Assembly: GCF_009914755.1 (NCBI RefSeq)
Contig: NC_060929.1
Length of the DNA stretch: 64,000 nt
Reading direction: 5' to 3' (one strand)
DNA from: the human T2T-CHM13v2.0 reference genome, Homo sapiens
The notes under the pieces were generated by a model. That model did not search any database. It was given only the letters and a program-made list of their open reading frames with translations, and had not been told where the DNA came from. Below, piece by piece: positions 32,119 to 45,685 of this stretch. Each line of letters begins with the position of its first letter. Positions within the stretch are counted from its first letter, which is position 1. The translations under genes were made by a program, and so were the position numbers.

Positions 32119-32266
32119 CAGTTGTTATTTAATGACAAAGACATGCTCTGAGAAATGCGTCCTTAGGTGTACTTTCACAGACTTAGGTGGTATGGCCAAC
32201 TGCTCCAACCACCATGGTATATGAGGTCTGTTGTTGACGGAAACATTGTTATGTGGTGCATGACTG
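32119..32266. mobile_element. Tigger3/MER7-like MITE
   Basis: Right end TGTTGACGGAAACATTGTTATGTGGTGCATGACTG; TA flanks on both sides. Confidence 0.7.
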
Positions 32267-32438
32267 TATTTGATCTTCCAAAGCCCTGTCTTAACTGGCA
32301 CATTATCCCAAGCAACATTTAGGTGACAATTTAAGTAAATGTGTTGCCACTGCCTGCCACATTTTACTTCCATTTGCAAGGATAATCACAATATTTATGC
32401 TCTACCAGGTGAGCAACCCAAACCAGAATTTGTCTCTT

Positions 32439-32863
32439 CCTCCACCTTCCCCTCTTCCTCCCTCCTCTCTCCTCCTCCTCCTCCTTCTTCCTCCTCCTCC
32501 TCCTCTTCTCTTTCTTCCTCTTCCTCCTCTTCTTTCAATAGTTTTTGGGGGAACAGGTGGTGTTTGGTTACATGGATAAGTTCTTTAGGTGTGATTTCTG
32601 AGACTTTGGTGCACCCATCACTCAAGCAGTGTACGCTGCACCCTGTGTATTATTTTATGCTTCACCCCCTCCCACCCTTCCTCCCAAGTCTCCAGAGTCC
32701 ATTATATCATTCTTATGCCTTTGCATCCTCATAGCTTATGAGAATATACGATGTTTGGTTTTCCATTCCTCAGTTACTGCACTTAGGATAATGGTCTCCA
32801 ACTCCATCCAGGTTGATGTGGATGCCATTATTTCATTTCTTTTTATGTCTGAGTAGTATCCCA

Positions 32864-32916
<53 letters not shown>

Positions 32917-34435
32917 ATATATATCACGTTTTCTTTATCCACTCGTTGTTTGATGAGCATTTGGGCTGGTTCCCTATTTTTGCAATTGTGAATTGTGCTG
33001 CTATAAGCATGCATGTACAAGTGTTTTTTTCATATAATGACTTATTTTCCTCTGGATAGATACCCAGTAGTGTGATTGCTGGATCAAATGGTATAAATAG
33101 TTCTACTTTTAGTTCTTTAAGGAATCTCCATACTATTTTCCATTGTGGTTGTACTGGTTTACATTCCCACCAGCAGTGTAAGAATGTTCCCTTTTCACCA
33201 CATCCACATCAACATCTACTTTTTTTTTAATTTTTAAATTATGGCCATTCTTGCAGGAGTAAGGTGGTGTCACATTGTAGTTTTGATTTGCATTTCCCTG
33301 ATAATTAGTGATGTTGACTATTTTTTCATATGTTTGCTAGGCCATTTATATATCTTCTTTTGAAAGTTGTTTATTCATGTCCTTAGCCCACTTTTTGATG
33401 GGATTATTTGTTTTTTTTCTTGCTGATTTGTTTGAGTTCCTTGTAGATTCTGGACATTAGTCCTTTGTTGGATGTATAGATTGCAAAGATTTTCTCCCAC
33501 TTCCTGGGTTGCCTGTTTACTCTGCTGATTATTTCTTTTGCTGTGTAGAAGCTTTTTGGTTAAATTAAGTCCCATCTATTTACCTTTGTTTTTGTTGCAT
33601 TTGCTTTTGGGTTCTTAGTCATGAACTCTTTGCCTAGGCCAATGTCTACAAGAGTTTTTCCAATGCTATCTTCTATAATAGAATTTTTATGGTTTCAGGT
33701 CTTAGATTTCTAAGTCTTTGATCCATCTTGAGTTGATTTTTGTATAAGGTGAGAGATGAGGATCCAGTTTCATTCTTTTACATGTGGTGTGCCAATTATC
33801 CCAGCACCATTTGTTGAATGGGGTGTCCTTTCCCCACTTTATGTTTTTGTTTGCTTTGGTCAGAGATCAGTTGGCTGTATTTGGCTTTATTTCTGGGTTC
33901 TGTATTCTGTTCCATTGGTCTATGTGCATGTTTTTATACCAGTTCCACGCTGTTTTGCCAACTATAGGCTTGTAATATAGTTTGAGGGTAGGTAATGTGA
34001 TGTCTCCAGATTTGCTCTTTTTGCTTAGTCTTGCTTCAGCTATGCAGGCTCTTTTTTGTTCCATATAAATTTTAGAATTTTTTTTTAGTTCTGTGAAAAA
34101 TTATGGTGATATTTTGATGAGAATTGCATTACATTTATAGATTGCTTTTGACAGTATGGTCATTTTCACAATATTGATTCTACCCATCCGTGAGCATAAG
34201 ATGTGTTTCCATTTGTTTGTGTCATCTATGATTTCTTTCAGCAGTGTTTCGTAGATTTGCTTGTAAGAATTTTTCACTTCTTTGGTTAGGTATGTTCCTA
34301 ATATTTTATTTTATTTTTTTGCAGCTGTTGTAAAAGAGATTGAGTTCTTGATTTGATTCTCAGCCTGATTGCTGTTGGTGTATAGCAGTACTACTGATTT
34401 GTGTATATTGATTTTGTATCCTGAAACTTTACTGA
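32439..34435 (-). mobile_element. 5'-truncated L1PB1-type LINE-1 whose tail has become a (CCT/CTT)n tract
   Basis: L1PB1 3' end from ~32535. TSD AGAATTTGT(C/T)TCTT at 32425-32438 and 34436-34449. Confidence 0.9.
32866..32913. repeat. (TG)n microsatellite inside the L1PB1 3' region
   Basis: Direct read. Confidence 0.95.
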
Positions 34436-36032
34436 AGAATTTGTTTCTTAGTTGAGAATCTGGTTCTTAAAACTTGTGCAAGAACTATATCATCCAGCAA
34501 AATAGAAACTTTTCTGGTGTTTAAAACAAAATGAATCTGCAACAAGGTGAATACATTTAACACTACTGAATTGTACACTTAGAAATGGTGAAGATGGTAA
34601 ATTTTATGTGATGTGTTTTTTAACCACAATTTAGAAAAACAGTGTGAGTCTAGTATAGAGAATTGGTTTCATTCATGAGTAGGAAGTGAAAGAAGCAAAT
34701 AGGAGAGAAACCATCCAGTGATCAGCAGGAAGCCACTCCTGCCCCTCTGCTGGAGGGACAGAGGGAGGGGATCATGTTTCTGGACCTTCAAATCAAGGTC
34801 ATCCTCTGGGAGATGGAACCTGGTGGGCCTGTCCTATGGGTTCTGAAGCTGAGGAGGAGGTGCCAGAGAAAGCAGAGAGAGGCTCTTCCTCCCTCCTACC
34901 CTCCAATCTTGTGTCAGTGCCTTCCATTGGCAGAGGTGGCCAAGAGCCCATACAAAAGCAGAGCAGGAGAAGGGCAACCAGTTACTTGACGTGTGTGTTA
35001 ATCTCTTTGTAGAGAGATGTAAATGCACAGAAATAGTCTCCAACAGCAAACTGATAAAAAATAATACACATCATATTCACTAACAATAGTATATTACTAG
35101 CCACTGCAGAGACAACCTATAGTCCCTGCCCACAAGAAAATTATCATTTGGGTTCGGGGTTGAAGGAGGAAACGGAGTTATGAAAAAATATAATACAAAT
35201 AGGTTTTTGAGGTATATACAATATTGAAAGAGCACAGTGAAGAGAACTGTGTTTTCTTGGGGGCCAGGGGTCATCAATGAACACATCATGGAGTGAGTAA
35301 AGTCTGACTGGGCTTTAAGGCCTGAGTAAGAAGTTTCCAGGCAGAAAAGGGGAGGAGATATATTCCAGGCAAAGGAATCATCGTGTGCAACTAAACAGTT
35401 GTATAAAGATTGATTTGAGTTATTATTGACTAGTTATTCTAAGTATGAGGTTCTATCTGTGATTAAATACATTGTATTAATTTGATCAGATTTCTTTTTT
35501 TATTTTGGAATTATCTTTTGTTCTCAAGTCTCAGACATTTTCAGAGGTCCTTAAAAATCCAGTGGACTGTAGCACTAAGCCTGTGGTGTCTAATGTTTAA
35601 AACAATCCTAACTGGCCCCAAAGAGAGGAAGCTATAACCATGTCAACAGGCTGTTCCATTCTTCTGTGCCAGGACATGTGAGAGCTCAGTACCTAAGAGG
35701 GCATACAAAAGGCCATCTTCCTGCCTCTGCTGATCTCCCACAGACTCCTCTGTAGCACATCTCAGGCCCTTTTCAGGTGGCACACATAGAGCAGAAGCCT
35801 CAGGAACTATGCCTTTTTATTTTGGAAGAGAGGATGGTCAGCAACCAAAAATGACAGCTAAGCAGTAAACTGATCCCATGAGTGACCCCTTCACTTCTCC
35901 ACCTGCACATTGGAAAGCTCCAGGCAACTGCTGGTGATATCAAGGGTAAAGTGGGGAGTAAAGTGTCCTAGCCCTTCCATTCACAAGTTAACACATGCAC
36001 ACACTCCCAAATAATGTTTTATCCAATCTGTG

Positions 36033-36368
36033 TGTTATGGACTGAATCATGTCACCTCCAAATTTATATGTTGAAGTCTTAACCTATAATGTGACTACAT
36101 TTGAAGATAGGGCCTATAAGGAAGTAATAAAGGTTAAGTCATAATGGTGGGTCCTTAATGTGATAAACTGGTTCCTTACAAGAAGGGGAAGAGACACCAG
36201 ATCTCTAAACCTCTTCCCCATACCAGCATAAAGAAGACACCATATGAGGGCACAGTGAGAAGGTGGCTGACTACAAGCCAAGAAGCAAGCCCTTGCCAGA
36301 AATCAACCCTGCCAGCAGCACTGCCCAGTCAGTGGTGGTTGTTATGGCAGCCTGAGCTGACTAATACA
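36033..36368 (+). mobile_element. MLT1A-like MaLR solo LTR with an internal deletion
   Basis: TGTTATGGACTGAAT...GTTATGGCAGCCTGAGCTGACTAATACA. TSD CTGTG/CTGTT. Confidence 0.85.
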
Positions 36369-37459
36369 CTGTTCTTTAGATTTAAATGATGTATTCCAAA
36401 TTACATATAAAGTCCAAAGGGTGTTAGGAAATTGGAAGTTGGGTTTGTAAGCCTTGCAACCTATTATAGTCTCTCTAGTTTCCAGGGATGATCATGAGAC
36501 AGAAAATATAAAAAATAAAACAAAACAAAAAAGACAAATAATTGTAAATGAAAATCACAAAACTCATAGGAATCAAATGCTAAAAAAAGAGTACAGTGAA
36601 CAATTAGGAAAAAATTCACTTAAAAATTAATTTTATAAAACAATCTTACAAAGTATTTATAATAATGCTTAAAATATTCAAAGAGCTAAATTTAAAAAGA
36701 ATCCATAATAAAACATAAAACTTTGAAACAGCAACAACAAAGGAGAAATGAAACAATAAGTGAATATGAGAAAAGATTAAATTAGAATATTGGAAATAAA
36801 AAAATGTGATAATTGAAAATTTAAAAACCCAACAGATAAGATAAAACTTTAGGCTGGTCACAGTCAAAGATGAAATTAATGGATTTGAATGTAGTATTGA
36901 AGAATTCATCAGGATGCAACATAGAGATTGAAGAGAATCTTTTTACAAACGTGAAAGCACATTTGGGGGACAAAATAGATAAATAAGAAACCGTAACAGA
37001 TATCTAAATAGGGTTTCCAGAAGAAGAAGGGAATAACGAAGAGCAATCTTTGAAAATATAATAGCTGAGGATATTCCTGAATTGAAGAAAAACATGGTTT
37101 CGATTGAAAGTGCACCTGAGAAACAAATAGGATAAATAAAAGTAAGCCAACACTGAGACACATTATGGTGAAACTAAAAAATACCAAGGATAAAGCCAAA
37201 AATGCACTTACAAGTGATCAGAAAAAAAAGACACTTTATCTACAAAGAGAAACCAGTAAGACTGACAGCAGACTTCTCATCAGCAACAATATATGCCAGA
37301 AGACAGTAGATTAATTTCCTGAAAGCACGGGGAGGAATTAATAGTCAACATAATATTTTGCAGTCATTTAAACTATTATTCAAGAGTGAGCGAAAAATAA
37401 TAAAATTGTTAGAGATGCCACATCTAAAAGACTTTACCATTCTCAGAAATAAATCATTA

Positions 37460-37755
37460 CTTTTCTTTTTTGAGACATGATCTCACTGTCATTCAGGCTA
37501 GAGTGCAGTGGCATGATCTATAGCTCACTGTAGCCTTGATCTCCCAGGCTCAAGTGATCCTCCCCTCTCAGCCTCCCCAGTAGCTGGGACTATAGGCACG
37601 TACTACCAGGCCTAGCTAATTTTTTTGATTTTTTAGTAGAGATGAGGTCTTGCTATATTGCCCAGGCTGGTCTTGAACTCCTGAGCTCAAGCAATCCTAC
37701 CTCCTCAGCTTCCCAAAGTGCTGAGATTACAGGCATGAGCCAATGTACCCTGCTT
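37460..37755 (-). mobile_element. Alu (AluJ-type)
   Basis: TAGCTCACTGTAGCCTTGATCTCCCAGGCTCAAGTGATCCTCCC is AluJ-diagnostic. Confidence 0.9.
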
Positions 37756-37867
37756 AAAAAAAAATCTTCTTTAGGATGAAAGCAAGCCCAGAGAAAAGGC
37801 TGAATTACAGTAAACAATTTTGTGCATACAAATAAATAAGTCTATTTTAGAAAATTGTTTTTTAAAA

Positions 37868-38310
37868 CAAATTTTTATTTTTTTATTTCAATAAGTTTTT
37901 GGGGGAACAGGTGGTATTTGGTTACATTAATAAGTTATTTAGTGGTGATTTCTGAGATGTTGGTGCACCCATCACCCAAGCAGTGTACACAGTACCCAAT
38001 GTGTAGTCTTTTATCCCTTGCCAACCCCCACCCTTTCCCCCGAGTCTCCAAAGTCCAAAGTATATGTATCATTCTTTGCCTTTGTGTCTCATAGCTTAGC
38101 TCCCACACATGAGTAAGAACATACAATGTTTGGTTTTCCATTCCTGAGTTATTTCACCTAGAATAATAGTCTCCAGTTCCATCCAAGTTGCTGTGAATGT
38201 CATTATTTCATTCCTTTTTATGGCTGAGTAGTATTCCATGGTAATATATATACCACATTTTCTTTATCCACTGGGCATTTGGGCTGGTTCCATAGTTTTG
38301 CAATTGCAAA
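37868..38310 (-). mobile_element. Short L1PB1-type 3' fragment
   Basis: TTTTTGGGGGAACAGGTGGTATTTGGTTACAT...GGTGCACCCATCACCC. Confidence 0.85.
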
Positions 38311-41300
38311 TTTGTATGTGCACAATTGTTTCTTGTAGCTATTTATTTATTTTTATGCACACAATTTATTACCACTGGGACGGTTCTTTCATAAAAAGAT
38401 GGTTCTTTCTTTAAAAAAGTTGGTAAATTTAACAGTTTGTTTAAAAATAATTAAAATTTTTTGTGTGTGTTGAAAATTTGAGGGTTAAAAAAGGATAAAT
38501 AACCAGATGGGGAAAGGGGGTGGTCATTGTTTAGTTAAAATGTGCTAAGTCCTTTTCATGTTCTAGAGGAGGATAGAAATAATGAACAAATTTAGACTTT
38601 GTGAGAAAGTTTATGGCTAAATGTTTATGTGAAAAATTTAAAGATAACTGCCAAAGAAGATAAACAGTTTATAGATGGCAAGCCAGCAGAGGCAGGGAAA
38701 GCAGAAATATAGAAAAATGTTATCAATCCAACAGAAGGCAGTAAAAGGGATAGGAAATAAAGATAAAGGATGGTAAGCAGAAACACAAAATGTAGTGGCA
38801 AAAATAACTCCAACTCTATCAGTGACCAGAATAAATGTAAGGAGATTAAATTCGCCTATTAAAAGATAGATTATCTGATTGGATTTTTAAAAGAGAAAGA
38901 CAAGTTATATGCTGCACACAAAAGCTGCACTTAAAGACTGAAAAGAAAGCATGGGAAAAGATATGGCAGGCAGAAACTATGCAGAAGAAAGCTGGGATTT
39001 CAAACTAACTTGAATTTAAGGTGGAAAGCAGATGATTCTAAAATCTCAGATTTTCTCTTTCATTTTTCTTGAGGATTCCACAATGATCTACTGCATATCT
39101 ATTCAGGGTCTCACAGTTATCTCCAACTCAGTTTTGCAAAACTGACATCATTTTCCTTTCTAGGCTGTCTCTGAAGCAGTTACTGGCCCTACTCTTCACA
39201 CAGCTGCCCAGTTACCTTTGGTCCCCAAGCCTGTCACTTTTCTCATTTGGTCTTGCATTGAGTATTAGGGCAACCAAAACATAGACTGTATTTCTCACCA
39301 GGGCCCAGAGGCTTCCTGGAAAAGGCATGAACACTTACCTTTGAGGAGAGTGCCCCACGGGAGTGCCAAGAGCAGAGGCAGGCTCCCTGCAGGCGGATGC
39401 AGTCAGCAGCAAAGAAATTGGGACTGAACTTTCCTGTCAAAATTGGGTCCTGTCACCCCTGTCTTCTTTCTCTGATCCAGCTCTACCCAAGAAGGAGCAG
39501 AGTGGAGCAGCAATGCTGGCAACGCCAACAGCAGAAAAGAAAGCACTCTGCTGAGTGGTGAGAAGTGGCTTAAGGGGGACAGAGGCTGGGAGAACAGCGA
39601 GTGCTGTAAGGGTAGTGGGTGGGTGGTAGGGAGGGAAACTGCTGGATACAGACCCACCACTGTCAGTGTGTCAAATCCTAGCCCATCTGCATGCCTGCCT
39701 CAGAGAAGACAGGAAGGGGGAAGCGGGGGCAGGAAGTGTGGAAGCCTCAGAATATTTTGGCCCTGCTTGTATTTGACTATGTCAGTTCCAAAATGTTCAC
39801 CTCAATCTGGCAGACGACAGTGCCTTTTACAGCAACACAAATCAAATATTCTATTGGGTCGATGCAGAGCAGTCATTAAGCGACCCACCTCGGGGAACTG
39901 GATGCATCATTGTCGTCAAACTGGTACTTTGCTGTCAAGCAGGCACACGTCCGACCGCTAAGGCATGGTTATTTCATGACCCAGACTCGACCACGGGGAC
40001 AGTAGCTGCAGCGCCCTTGTAAACCCCAGCCTTCGTTCTGCATAGATCAGCACTCTGCCTTAATTGAATTACGTAAATATTTATTTTTTAAAATGCAACA
40101 ATGAGGCAATTGCTTAAACAGAATACATGCATTTTTGGTGGCTCTTTCTCTTCTGTACTTAAGGGGTCAAAGGCAAGGCAACCCTCAAATAGTTTGCAAT
40201 TCTGGGAGTGGCCAGAACATAGAAAATTGTCTGAAGAGCAAGAAGGAAGCCCCTCACTTTGACAGGCCTATGGGATTCCCCCAGGGGCTTAATTACTCTG
40301 CTGTCATGATCCTCTGTTGCTGGCCAGAGACTGAGGCATGGAAAGATGCTTGCACAGTTCGAACACACGCCTTCCCATCCTGGCCCTCGTTTGAAGGGGA
40401 AGCAGCTAGGGCCCTGGGCCCCAGGAAGACCAGAGGAGGTAATGGCCCCACCTCCTCCAAGCCCCCAGTGGTGGGCCACTGAGGCCTGCCCATCTGCCAC
40501 ACTGCCTTGGTTTTAATGAAAACTGTCCATGTGCTGCTACTCACTCCTAATTATCTGTGCTCTGGCCTGGCTGGCTGACATGTTTATTTTGTGGCTGCCA
40601 GACTGGTGGAGATGGTTCTTTCATAAAGAATCACACCGCTTTCAAGTTGAGTTTTCTTTCTGCCCATCATTTGTTTTTGCAAACATTTCAGGATTAATTG
40701 AACACTGTTCCCCCTTCCAACCAAAACACATGCTCGCCTTCCCTGCACAATATGGCGATCTTGGCATTTGATCATCTCTGCACACTTTCATTTCTGAGTC
40801 CCCAGTGCTGACAAAAGACCAGTCTCAAGTAACCCCAGGCCGCTGTATGGGAGAAAATTGAGTTTCATTTCAGATTAGCCTCTTCAGTTTCTGTCTCTGA
40901 AAAGCTCATTTTCTATAAATCTAAGTTTGGATATCTTCAGGCTCACCTTGAGCATGCAGCTGCATATCTTTTGCTCGTCTTTTTAATTATCACTATGGGT
41001 TTGGAAGTTTCTACAATATGTCATGTTTTGAGTAAGGGAAGAAGGAAGAAAGGAGTTAGCTCTGGGCAGACATTAGAAAGTGTCAAATAAAAATCGTTCT
41101 TCTCTAACATAATTTCACTATTAAGACGCCACGGAAAAAAAGTAGCTAGGGATTAAAATGACTGTCTCCTTCATTTCTACTGTTGCACACCTCATTTTGT
41201 AAAACAAAACAAAACCAAAAAACTTTCTATCAACCCCATTATCACCCACTCTCTCTTTTTAGTGTTGCTTAATCCCAGTTGCACAGAAGAAACACCTGGG

Positions 41301-41320
41301 TGTTTTAAAATGTACCAATG

Positions 41321-42088
41321 TGTGGTAGGCAGAATAATGGCCTTCCAAAGATGTTCCCATCCTGACCTCCAGGATCCGCTGCCTTCCAAGTGATTAAGTT
41401 AAGGATCTTAGGTGGGAAGACTATCCTGGATTATCCAGGTGGGCTCCAAAAGTAATCATAAGTGTTCTTAAAAATAGAAAAAGGAGGCAGAGGAAGAGAG
41501 TCAGAGTGAGATGTTACCATGGAAAAAAGGCACAGAGAGATGCAACTTTGTTGCCTTTGAAGATGGAAGAAGGAAGTCTTTGGAGGCTTGAAAGCGCAAA
41601 GAGGCCAGGCACAGTGGCTCATGCCTGTAATCCCAGCACTTTGGGAGACAGAGGTGGGAGGGTCACTTGAGGCCAGGAGTTCAAGACCAGCCTGGGCCAC
41701 AGACTGAGACCCCATCTCTACAAAAAATAAAAACATTACTTGGGTGTGGTGGCATGCACCTGTAGTCACAGCTACTCGAGAGGCTGAGGTGGGAGGATGG
41801 GAGGATTGCTTAAGGGTAGGAGATTGAGGCTGCAGTGAGCCGTGATCATGTTACTACACTCCACCAGCTTGGGTGATGGAGTGAGACCGTGTCTAAAAAA
41901 CAAAAAAGGCAAGGAAACAGATTCTTAGAGTCTCTGGAAGGGTCTGTAGCCCTCTGACACACTGAATTTAGCCCAGTGAGACCTGTGTTGAACTTGTGAC
42001 CTATAGAATTAGAAGATAATAAAATTGCATTGTTCTAAGCCGCTAAGTTTGTGGTAATTCATTTGCAGCAACCATGGGAAACTGATAT
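41321..42088 (+). mobile_element. MLT1C/D-like MaLR LTR interrupted by an Alu
   Basis: TGTGGTAGGCAGAATAATGGCC...GGCAAGGAAACAGATTCT...TAAGTTTGTGGTAATT..GCAGCAACCATGGGAAACTGATA. Confidence 0.8.
41603..41907 (+). mobile_element. Alu (AluJ-type)
   Basis: GGCCAGGCACAGTGGCTCATGCCTGTAATCCCAGCACTTTGGGAG...A-tail. Confidence 0.92.
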
Positions 42089-42289
42089 TGTGTACATTTT
42101 CTCTAGACTACCTAAACCCAAATTCTGTGAGGTGGAGCTGAGGCATTAATAAGGGTTCAAAGCTCTGCAGGTGATTCTCTTGTGCAGCAGGACTGGCACC
42201 GCTGGGTTGCACTGTTTCCAGGTCCTCACTCCTCCCTGCTCCTCAGCCCCTTACAATCTGCTGCTGGGCTCCCAAACGCCTCCGAAGCT

Positions 42290-43200
42290 CTTCTCACACA
42301 CCAGTTGCCTCCTTGCTGACAAATCCCCTGGACACTTCTCCCTTCTTACTTTACTTAACACTGGACACTTGACCATTTCCCCATCCTGAAGCAGTCCCCT
42401 GTTTCAGCTTCCCAGACATCACACATCTACTGTTTCCTTTGCCTCTCCTGTCATCCTTGTGATTCTCTGGCTGCTGCCTTTCCTTGGACCAATCCTTAAG
42501 TGTCGATGCTGGGAAGGCTGCACGTTAGGGTCTGTTCTCTTTTCACTCTCTATACTCTTCCCAGGATGTTTCATCTATCCCTTTGGCTTCTATGTACTGA
42601 TGGATACCTACCCTAAATCTTTTGCTCTGATCTTTCCTGCCCTTCACAGCTATATATTCAACCATCTATCTCAAGCCCACTATGTCTAATGCTGAACCCA
42701 TTTTCTCTACCATAATTTCCTTCCCCTGTCTATGATGTTGTTATCCATGTGGCAACTCAAGCCAGAAACCTGGAAAGCATCCTGTCTCCTTCCACTCCCT
42801 TGCCTGTTCCTCACTCAAATCTGATGAATCACTTCTCTCCATCCATTCACTACCATCTTGGTTCAAGCTACCTTCATCTCTACCTGAATTATTGCAAGAG
42901 CCAAAGCCATCACTCAAAGACAAAAATGCCATGACTCTGTGTAAAATACTTTAACATCTCTCTCATTCCAAGGAATGAACTCCAGCTTTTCACTTGTCTT
43001 CAAGATATAGTGGCACTTTGCTCCTATTTTCATGTCCAGTGGCACCTTCTCCCATGCTGGCCTCTATCCTCACCCCACCCTCTCTCCAAACTCTATCTCC
43101 AGGCCATTATGGACCACCATACTTTAGTCATCTGAATTCACTATGCTTCCTCTTACCTCAGGCTTTGTACATACCAGTCTCTCTTCCTAAACATATTCTT
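42290..43200 (+). mobile_element. L2 LINE remnant
   Basis: Pyrimidine-rich sequence with CTCAAGCCAGAAACCTGG..CATCCT..., and ACCATCTTGGTTCAAGCTACCTTCATCTC, typical of L2. A further L2 3' end lies at ~44140-44285. Confidence 0.55.
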
Positions 43201-43739
43201 GTCCCACTCTGGGACTAGCTAAGTCATCCCAGGCATTGATCGCAACCTAGCTGCTGCCATGGACTTTTGTCATTTTTTTAGCTGCTTAGCATCCATTCAT
43301 CCTTCCTTCAGTATCCTGATTTCCTTCTGGAGAATTAACCCTTTTTTCCTTTGTGTCCCCTTGCTTGGATGGTAAATACATGTGTCAGGCCCCTGTTGCA
43401 GAAGCTAAAGGGTGTAAACTTATTTCTCTCATGGCCCTGGTACAAGGAGGTAGATGAGCTGCGACCTAAGCTGGTCAATTAGATGCTTTCTTCCAGGACT
43501 TTGAATCTTGCACAAATAGTGCAAGGATGAATGAAATTGAAATCCCTCCATATTAGTGGCAGGGCTCTGACCAGAGTGTTCTGGCTCAGAGATACTCCCT
43601 GGGTTCCTGCTTCCTAACCCTTCAAAGCTGCTTTTCTTTCTGCCCTTTATAAGCCTGTTTCCCAGATTTTCTGTTTGTACTCAGTATCCTTACATTAAAT
43701 TCTTTTATATATAAGTTAGAAAAACTTGGTTTCTCTTAG

Positions 43740-44133
<394 letters not shown>

Positions 44134-45356
44134 TAGATATTACAGTGTATTAAAATGGCACTTTACTTCTCTTTCTCTCCTACTAGACATAAGCTTTTTG
44201 AGAGCACGGATAATACCTTGTGTATTATTGTATACCCAATGCCAAGGACTGTGGCTGAGATATAGTAAGCATTCAACAAGCCTTTGAGAACAGTGTGAAT
44301 GCAGTTTCATCCTTTGATGTGAACAGAATAAATGTGGAAAAGGCTCATAGTCTATTGGTCCCAATGTTTCCAAACAAGCTATTGCCAATTTATTTAAATG
44401 ATTGCCAAAAGTTTTCATTAAGGCTTCCTCTGCCTATGGGCAAAGCATGTAGACAATTGTGCAAAGTGTAAAAGCAAACCAAATCAAACCCAAACTGAAA
44501 ATATCAAAATAGAAACTTCCAGGAAAATGAGTAGACATACTTCCCCCTATTCCATCCCCTAAATGCAGCAAGACTTCCTGGACAATATATATAAAACAAA
44601 CATACGAAGATTCTGAAAGATGGAGAGAAGAAGGCAGACCAATGAGGGACCTCAGAATTCATGCAGTGATGTGGTGGTGAGTTCCCTGAGTTTTCTTTTT
44701 GCTTCATATGTCTCAGACTCAGAGCTGAAGAAGCTAGCAACCTGGAAACACTAATGTACACTAATGTATAGACAGAAAGAACTCCAGCAAAAACCTGTTC
44801 TGTCTAGGCAAAGGACCAAAAAAGGGATAGCCTAGCAATAGCTGCCCTATTCCAGTCAAACACCATAGAAAACTATGGCCCCATCCCCACCAACACTAGA
44901 GAAGGATGAGTGGGGAGCTTAGGATGTTGAGAGGTACCCAACTTTACTCCTGCTGGGGTGCTGTCAGAGAAGGCTGAGTGGGGAGCCAGGACTTTCATCC
45001 CCAATGGGTGGTAACGAGCACCTTCTTTTCTCCACATGGTATTAGTGGGAACCACCCAGGGAGCCTGGACTTTCACCTCCACATGGCAATAACAAGGTGT
45101 GTATTTCCCCTTCCAGCTGGGGAGGATTTGTGAAGGCCTACTGGGGATGCAGAACTCCCATCCCACCTAACAATAATGAGTAGCTCCCTTCTCCAACCAA
45201 ATGGAGCCTGTTTTGAGAACATAGACTTAAATGCCCACTTGGAATTAATAAAGTGATGCCCTTGTGTACCCTGCCAGAGTGGTGTCAGAGCAAGCCAACT
45301 AAAACAAGGCTTAAATAAGATCCCAAACCACAGTACATATTGTCTAAACTATCTAG

Positions 45357-45685
<329 letters not shown>

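Larger units (their letters stand above)
29635..34990 (-). mobile_element. Degraded ERVL-class provirus-like region (LTR-like ~29635-30100, internal remnants ~30100-32420, LTR-like ~34640-34990) with later insertions
   Basis: ATCAGTCATGGTCCAACCAGAAAAATAGAAA...GGGAATTG is an LTR-type start. GTCCTCATTTCTGTCATTGGTCATGAG and CCTCCATTGTGTAGTAACAACCCAATTTCCCCCTTG resemble ERVL/HERV16 internal sequence. No intact ORF. Confidence 0.45.
36500..39030 (+). mobile_element. Ancient L1M/HAL1 ORF1-region remnants, interrupted by an Alu and an L1PB1 fragment
   Basis: A-rich sequence with AGACTGACAGCAGACTTCTCATCAGCAACAAT..GCCAGAAGACAGT (ORF1 C-terminal motif) and ATAAATGTAA..GATTAAATTCGCCTATTAAAAGA (ORF2 start-like). 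Confidence 0.6.
41260..42210. mobile_element. MER5A-like DNA transposon split by the MLT1 LTR
   Basis: Left piece: TGCACAGAAGAAACACCTGGGTGTTTTAAAA. Right piece: CTGAGGCATT...AAGCTCTGCAGGTGATTCTCTTGTGCAGC. Confidence 0.45.

Noticed and set aside
32339-32734. Poly-Ser/Pro and poly-Glu ORFs
   Set aside because: Translation of the (CCT)n tract derived from the L1 tail.
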